Shown here: positions 59,165-64,000 of the stretch, in pieces | How positions within the stretch are numbered: position 1 is the first letter of the stretch | Layout: each line of letters begins with the position of its first letter | Assembly: GCA_031416315.1 (NCBI GenBank) | Contig: JANOTL010000040.1 | Location: 1 to 64,000, forward strand | DNA from: Pseudomonadota bacterium | GTDB lineage: Bacteria; Bdellovibrionota_B; Oligoflexia; Oligoflexales; CAIYRB01 | Direction: 5' to 3' | DNA length: 64,000 nt | Made by a program: the position numbers and the translations under genes | Notes under the pieces: model-generated | Databases searched by the model: none | Told to the model about the DNA's origin: nothing | The model's input: only the letters and a program-made list of their open reading frames with translations

Positions 59165-60451
59165 CTACACTGCCGCCCGCCGGAGCTTCGCGTCGGAGTA
59201 GACAGCGAACACGATGATGACTCCCTTCACCACCATCTGCCAGTTCGACGAGATCTCGAGCATGTCCATGCCGCTGTTCAAGGTGCCGATGATGAAAGCG
59301 CCGACGACCGAGCCGATCACAGTGCCGACGCCGCCCGTCAGCGAGGCGCCGCCGATGACCGCCGAAGCGATCGCGTCGAGCTCGAGGAGCTGGCCCTCGG
59401 TCGGCGTCGCTGAGTTCAGGCGTCCGGCGAGGATCAGGCCGCAAACGCCGGAAAGGGTGCCCATCAGCGCGTATACGCCGATCTTCACCTTGGTGACGGG
59501 CAGGCCGGAAAGCACGGCAGCGTGCTCGTTGCCGCCGATGGCATAAAGCGAGCGGCCGAAGACCGTGTGTCGCGCGAGCAGCGCGAACGCCACGGCGACC
59601 ACCGCCAAGATGGTCGTCGGCATCGGCAGGCCGCGGTCGCGGAGGAAGACGACGGCCGCCGTGACGGCGAACGCCGCGCCGAGGAGGAGCTCCGGTGTGA
59701 TCCACGACGTCAAGCGGCTCCGCGATTGGCACAGCGCCTTGACGCGCGGACCGGCGATGAGCGCGATGCCGACCGCGAGCGCCGCCACGGCGACGTAACC
59801 CGGGAGGAAGCCGCCGCCGGCGAAACGGATCGACGCCGACACCGGCGCGATCGCCGACGAGTTCGACAGGATGAGCGCCAGCCCGCGCGCGATGACCAAC
59901 ATCCCGAGCGTGATCACGAACGGCGTGATCTTGAACCGGGCGATCAGCGCCCCGCTCGTCACCCCCGTGAGTAGGCCGGTCCCGATCGCCGCGGCAAAGG
60001 CCAAAACCACGCCGTCCCCGCCCGTGGCCCGGTCCACCAAGCCGAGCGCGACGCCGCTCAAGGCAACGACCGAGCCGACCGAGAGATCGATCCCGCCCGT
60101 CAGGATGACGAGCGTCATGCCGACCGCGAGGACGCCGGTGACCGCCACCTGGATCGTCAGGTTCGTGAGGTTGCGCGCGCTGAGAAAGCTGAGATCGCTC
60201 GAGGTGAGCGAGGCGCCGACGCTCTTCAGGACTTCCGCCCACGAGACGTCGCCAGCGAACGCCTGCGCATACAGCTCGCGCAGATCGGTGTTGACGAGCC
60301 GTCCGAGCAGCTCGAAGCCGACGAGTAAGGCGAGCAGCGCCAACAAGAGCGAATGCCGGCGCCAGTCGCGCCACGCATTCGGCGGCGCCGGGGCCTTCGC
60401 GGCATGATCCGTGAGACTCGTGTCGACGGCGCCGGACGTGGGCATGGCCAT
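59165..60451 (-). CDS. xylH: Sugar ABC transporter permease (XylH-like)
   Basis: GGIDLSVGS, FVITLG, YAIGGN, ELDAIASAVIGGASLTGG. Confidence 0.85.
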   Translation of the reverse strand: MAMPTSGAVDTSLTDHAAKAPAPPNAWRDWRRHSLLLALLALLVGFELLGRLVNTDLRELYAQAFAGDVSWAEVLKSVGASLTSSDLSFLSARNLTNLTIQVAVTGVLAVGMTLVILTGGIDLSVGSVVALSGVALGLVDRATGGDGVVLAFAAAIGTGLLTGVTSGALIARFKITPFVITLGMLVIARGLALILSNSSAIAPVSASIRFAGGGFLPGYVAVAALAVGIALIAGPRVKALCQSRSRLTSWITPELLLGAAFAVTAAVVFLRDRGLPMPTTILAVVAVAFALLARHTVFGRSLYAIGGNEHAAVLSGLPVTKVKIGVYALMGTLSGVCGLILAGRLNSATPTEGQLLELDAIASAVIGGASLTGGVGTVIGSVVGAFIIGTLNSGMDMLEISSNWQMVVKGVIIVFAVYSDAKLRRAAV

Positions 60452-60454
60452 GGA

Positions 60455-61960
60455 CTAGTTTCTCCCGACCGCAAGACGCATGATGGCCTCCGAGCTCACC
60501 TCAGGCCCCGTTAACGAGCCGGCAAGCTCGCCTTCCCGCATCACCATGACGCGGTGGCAGAGGCCGACCAACTCGAGCAGCTCCGACGAGACGACGATGA
60601 CGGCGACGCCGTCCAAAGCCAGCTCGCGGAGCAAGGAATAGATCTCGAACTTCGCGCCGACGTCGACGCCGCGCGTCGGCTCGTCGAGCATGAGGACCTG
60701 CGGCTTGATCGCGCACCACTTGGCGATGGCGACCTTCTGCTGGTTGCCGCCGGAAAGTGCCGAGACCCGCACCTCGTCGTGCGGCGCCTTGATGCGTAGG
60801 CGCCGCATCATCGTCTCCGAGAGCACGCGCTCCGCCTGAAGGTCCAGGATTCCCTGGCGCGAGATGCGGCCGAGGGAGGCCATCGAGATGTTCTCGCGGA
60901 TCGACATGCCGATATGCAGACCCGTGCGCTTGCGGTCCTCGGTCACTAAGCCGACCCCGCCTTGGCGACCCTGCGCAGGCTTGCCGGCTAGCTCGAGATG
61001 GCCCGTCCGCTTGAAGTCGGGATGTCCCATAATCGCGTAGAGGAGCTCCGTGCGGCCGGCGCCCATCATCCCGCCGATGCCTAGGATCTCGCCCGGGAAG
61101 GCCTCGAAGCTGACGTTGCGCACGAGCGACTTCGCGTTGTTGGCCGAGCGCACGCCGAGGGCAGCGGCGCGCAGCATGGGCGCGGTCGCCGTCGCGACAG
61201 GCTTCTGCGGAAACAGGCTCTCCATGGGCCGTCCGACCATCATCGTAATCAGGTCTTCGCGCGTCAGCTCGGCGACCCGCCCGCCGCCGACCGTGCGGCC
61301 GTCGCGGAGGACGGCGACGCGGTCGGCGAGCTGGAACACCTCGTCGAGCTTGTGGGAGATGTAAATGCAAGCCGTTCCAGCGCGCCGGAGCTCGCCGACG
61401 AAGCTGAAAAGGCGCTCGACCTCGCGGTCCGAAAGCGCGGACGTCGGCTCGTCCAGGATCAGGATCTTGGCTTTGGTGAGCAGCGCCCGCGCGATCTCGA
61501 CCATCTGCCCGTCGCCGACGGAGAGGTCACGGATGCGGGCGTCGGCGCCGAACGAGACGCGTAGGCCCGCTAGGATCTCGCTCGTGCGACGGCGCATCGC
61601 GGCCCAGTCGACGAGCCCGAGCCGCGTCCGCGGGTAGCGGCCGACGAACAGGTTCTCGACGACCGTGAGATCGCCGAAGAGATTGAGCTCCTGATGGATG
61701 ATCGCAACGCCGGCGCGCTCCGCGTCTCGGGTTCCGCCGAACGCGACCAACTCACCGTCCCGGTAGACGGAGCCACCGTAAGTTCCGTGCGGATAGACGC
61801 CGGACAAGACCTTCATCAAGGTCGACTTGCCAGCGCCGTTCTCGCCGACCAAGGCCAGCACCTCGCCCCCCGCCAGCGTGAAATCCACGCCGGAGAGCGC
61901 CCGCACGCCCGGGAAATCCTTGATGATGCCCCGGGTCTCTAGGACGGGCGTCGGCTGCAT
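60455..61960 (-). CDS. xylG: Sugar ABC transporter ATP-binding protein (XylG-like)
   Basis: GENGAGKST, GVYPHGTY, LDEPT twice, LSGGNQQK. Confidence 0.88.
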   Translation of the reverse strand: MQPTPVLETRGIIKDFPGVRALSGVDFTLAGGEVLALVGENGAGKSTLMKVLSGVYPHGTYGGSVYRDGELVAFGGTRDAERAGVAIIHQELNLFGDLTVVENLFVGRYPRTRLGLVDWAAMRRRTSEILAGLRVSFGADARIRDLSVGDGQMVEIARALLTKAKILILDEPTSALSDREVERLFSFVGELRRAGTACIYISHKLDEVFQLADRVAVLRDGRTVGGGRVAELTREDLITMMVGRPMESLFPQKPVATATAPMLRAAALGVRSANNAKSLVRNVSFEAFPGEILGIGGMMGAGRTELLYAIMGHPDFKRTGHLELAGKPAQGRQGGVGLVTEDRKRTGLHIGMSIRENISMASLGRISRQGILDLQAERVLSETMMRRLRIKAPHDEVRVSALSGGNQQKVAIAKWCAIKPQVLMLDEPTRGVDVGAKFEIYSLLRELALDGVAVIVVSSELLELVGLCHRVMVMREGELAGSLTGPEVSSEAIMRLAVGRN

Positions 61961-61963
61961 GAT

Positions 61964-62956
61964 TCACCGCCCGTAAACGGCCTCTTTCGTGTGGAAGCCG
62001 TAGGCGACGATCTGCGTGTCGACGTTCGCCTTGTCGACGGGGAACACCGGCGTATTGATCGTCGGCACGGCCTTCGTGCCGTTGTCGTAGGTCGTGTCGG
62101 TGGCCGGCTTCTCGCCTTTGGCGAGCGCGACGGCGAGCTTGGCGGCGGACTCCGCGAGCGGCTTGATCGCCTTGAGAACCTCGAACTGCTGCTTGCCCGC
62201 GACGATGTTGCGGATCGCGCCTAGGTCGGCGTCGGCGCCGGCGACGAACACCTTGCCGGCGAGGCCCTGCTGGTCGAGCGCCTGCACCGCGCCATTGGCC
62301 ATGCCGGAGTTGTTGGCGAGAACGGCTTGGATGTCGTTCTTCTGCTTCGCCAGGACGTTCTCGATCGTCGCCATGGCTTGCGAGGCGGCCCAGGCGTCGT
62401 GGCTTTGTTGCGAGACGACCTGGATGCCCTTGTGCTCCTTCAGGACGTCGAGGTTGCCGCGGGTGATCTCGGCGGCGACGGAGTGGCCGGCCTGGCCCGA
62501 GAGGATCACGACCTTGCCCTTGCCGCCGAGCGCCTTGACGGCGGCTTCGGCCTGCATCTTGCCGACGGCGTAGGAGTCTTGGGTCACGTAGTAGTCGAGA
62601 TCGGCCTTGTTGATAACGCGGTCGTAGGCGATGACCGGAATGCCGGCCTTGTGGGCCGCCTCGACGAACGGCGCGGCGGCGTCGGAGTTCACCGGCTGAA
62701 TGACCAGGGCCTTGATGCCCTTAGAGAGCATATTTTCGACCTTCGAGGCCTGGGTGCGCTCGGAGTTGTCGCAGGCGGCAAAGACGACTTTGGCGCCCAA
62801 GCGTTTGGCCTCGTCCTCGAAATACGCGCGATCCTTGGCGTAGCGCTCCTCTTGGAGGCTGGAGAGCACGAAACCGATCTTGAGATCCTCGGCGCGGGCC
62901 GTGAGGGTGAAAAGGGTCGTGGCAAGCAACGTGGCGGCGATCGATCGTCCAAACAT
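61964..62956 (-). CDS. xylF: Sugar ABC transporter substrate-binding protein (XylF-like)
   Basis: LQEERYAKDR, VIAYDR, GADADL. Confidence 0.85.
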   Translation of the reverse strand: MFGRSIAATLLATTLFTLTARAEDLKIGFVLSSLQEERYAKDRAYFEDEAKRLGAKVVFAACDNSERTQASKVENMLSKGIKALVIQPVNSDAAAPFVEAAHKAGIPVIAYDRVINKADLDYYVTQDSYAVGKMQAEAAVKALGGKGKVVILSGQAGHSVAAEITRGNLDVLKEHKGIQVVSQQSHDAWAASQAMATIENVLAKQKNDIQAVLANNSGMANGAVQALDQQGLAGKVFVAGADADLGAIRNIVAGKQQFEVLKAIKPLAESAAKLAVALAKGEKPATDTTYDNGTKAVPTINTPVFPVDKANVDTQIVAYGFHTKEAVYGR

Positions 62957-63059
62957 GGTCGTCCACTCCTGACGGTGATGCAGGTCTTCAAGCCTATGGG
63001 GGGCGACTAGGTCTAACGCGACTGGACCGCCTCGACAACGAAGATCGGACGGCCTTTTC

Positions 63060-64000
63060 TTAGTGGCAGTCGGAGTCGGGGACGAAGCGGATCGCCTGCC
63101 CGCCGCCCGGGGCCAGATCCAGGGTTAGGATGGTGTCCCAGCGCACTGCCCGGTGCTCGATCGCGTACGCCAAAGGCCTCGACTCGAAGTGGGCGTCGGC
63201 AGCATCGCGATAAATTTCAGCGCAGTACGACCGATCGACCGCGAGAAAGCCGAGCCCGATCTCGAGGCGGCGGCCGGCTTCGGCCGTAATGCTGCCCAGA
63301 AACCATTCGTCCGACCCCCGCTTGCGCCTGGCGATTGTGACGTACTCTCCGATCACTCCGTCGAGTGGCCGGGTTTCCTCCCAGTCGACCGCGACGTCGC
63401 GAATGAACTGGAAGGCCGGGTGGCCCGCGTAATTCTCGGGTAGATCGGCCGCCATCTGGAGCGGGCTGTAGATCACGACGTAGAGCGCCAGCTGCTTCGC
63501 CAGAGTCGTCCGCGGGCGGCTGACGCCGGGTCGCCCGCTCGCGAGCAGGTCGAAGATCCCCGGCGTGTAGTCGAAAGGGCCCGCCAGCATGCGCGTGAAC
63601 GGCAGGATCGTCGTATGGCTCGGCGGATTGCCGCCGCCTTCGTCCCAAGCGTCCCACTCAGCGCCGCGTGCGCCCTCCCGCGTCATGAGGTTGGGATAGG
63701 TGCGTCGCAGACCGGTGTCTTTGATCGGCTCGTGGATGTCGAGCATGATGCCGTAGGCAGCGGCCTTTTCGGCCATAAGCTGGTGGTGCCGCACCATGAA
63801 TTGCCCGTGATGCCACTCGCCGCCTTCGACCCGGTCGCCGACGTAGCCGGACTTCACCACGCGGACGCCCAGCTCACGGTAGAGCGCGAGCGCAGCGTCG
63901 ACCTGACTCTCGTAATTGGCGATGGCGCCGGCCGTCTCGTGGTGGCCGACGAGCTCGACCCCGCGATCCCGGGCATAGGCCGCGACGTCTCGGAGATCGA
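63060..64000 (-). CDS. GH97 alpha-glucosidase (5' end outside the window)
   Basis: GHHET, KSGYV, HHGQ, RRTYPN..REGARG.E, DYTPG, SPLQMAADLPENY. Confidence 0.93.
   Translation of the reverse strand, partial: DLRDVAAYARDRGVELVGHHETAGAIANYESQVDAALALYRELGVRVVKSGYVGDRVEGGEWHHGQFMVRHHQLMAEKAAAYGIMLDIHEPIKDTGLRRTYPNLMTREGARGAEWDAWDEGGGNPPSHTTILPFTRMLAGPFDYTPGIFDLLASGRPGVSRPRTTLAKQLALYVVIYSPLQMAADLPENYAGHPAFQFIRDVAVDWEETRPLDGVIGEYVTIARRKRGSDEWFLGSITAEAGRRLEIGLGFLAVDRSYCAEIYRDAADAHFESRPLAYAIEHRAVRWDTILTLDLAPGGGQAIRFVPDSDCH

Overview
High-GC bacterial chromosomal window with about 60 genes and no rRNA, tRNA, CRISPR array, integrase or transposase. Two full TIGR02147-family genes plus a fragment, a TPR-winged-helix regulator, a transglutaminase-elicitor lipoprotein and many orphan secreted or Cys-rich proteins suggest a Bdellovibrionota/Oligoflexia-like organism (inference). 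Recognisable genes: frmA-fghA, iorAB-like Mo-oxidoreductase with gloB, gor, two tandem DTW/TapT-like genes, a class III cyclase, a GcvT-family dehydrogenase, a class V aminotransferase, GH35, GT1, a xylFGH-like ABC transporter and a partial GH97. Most unusual: (i) a compositionally distinct ~1.7-kb glycosyltransferase cassette bracketed by 27-bp inverted repeats set in 6-bp-periodic tracts; (ii) a divergent OpgG/OpgD (GH186)-like lipoprotein with no opgH in the window, coupled to a beta-helix lipoprotein; (iii) three deletion-like scars, two joining 5'-truncated genes back to back; (iv) tandem DTW paralogues with non-canonical motifs; (v) a YkgJ/FliB-like Cys-cluster protein with a wHTH-like tail. 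Family calls come from motif recognition by eye, not database searches.
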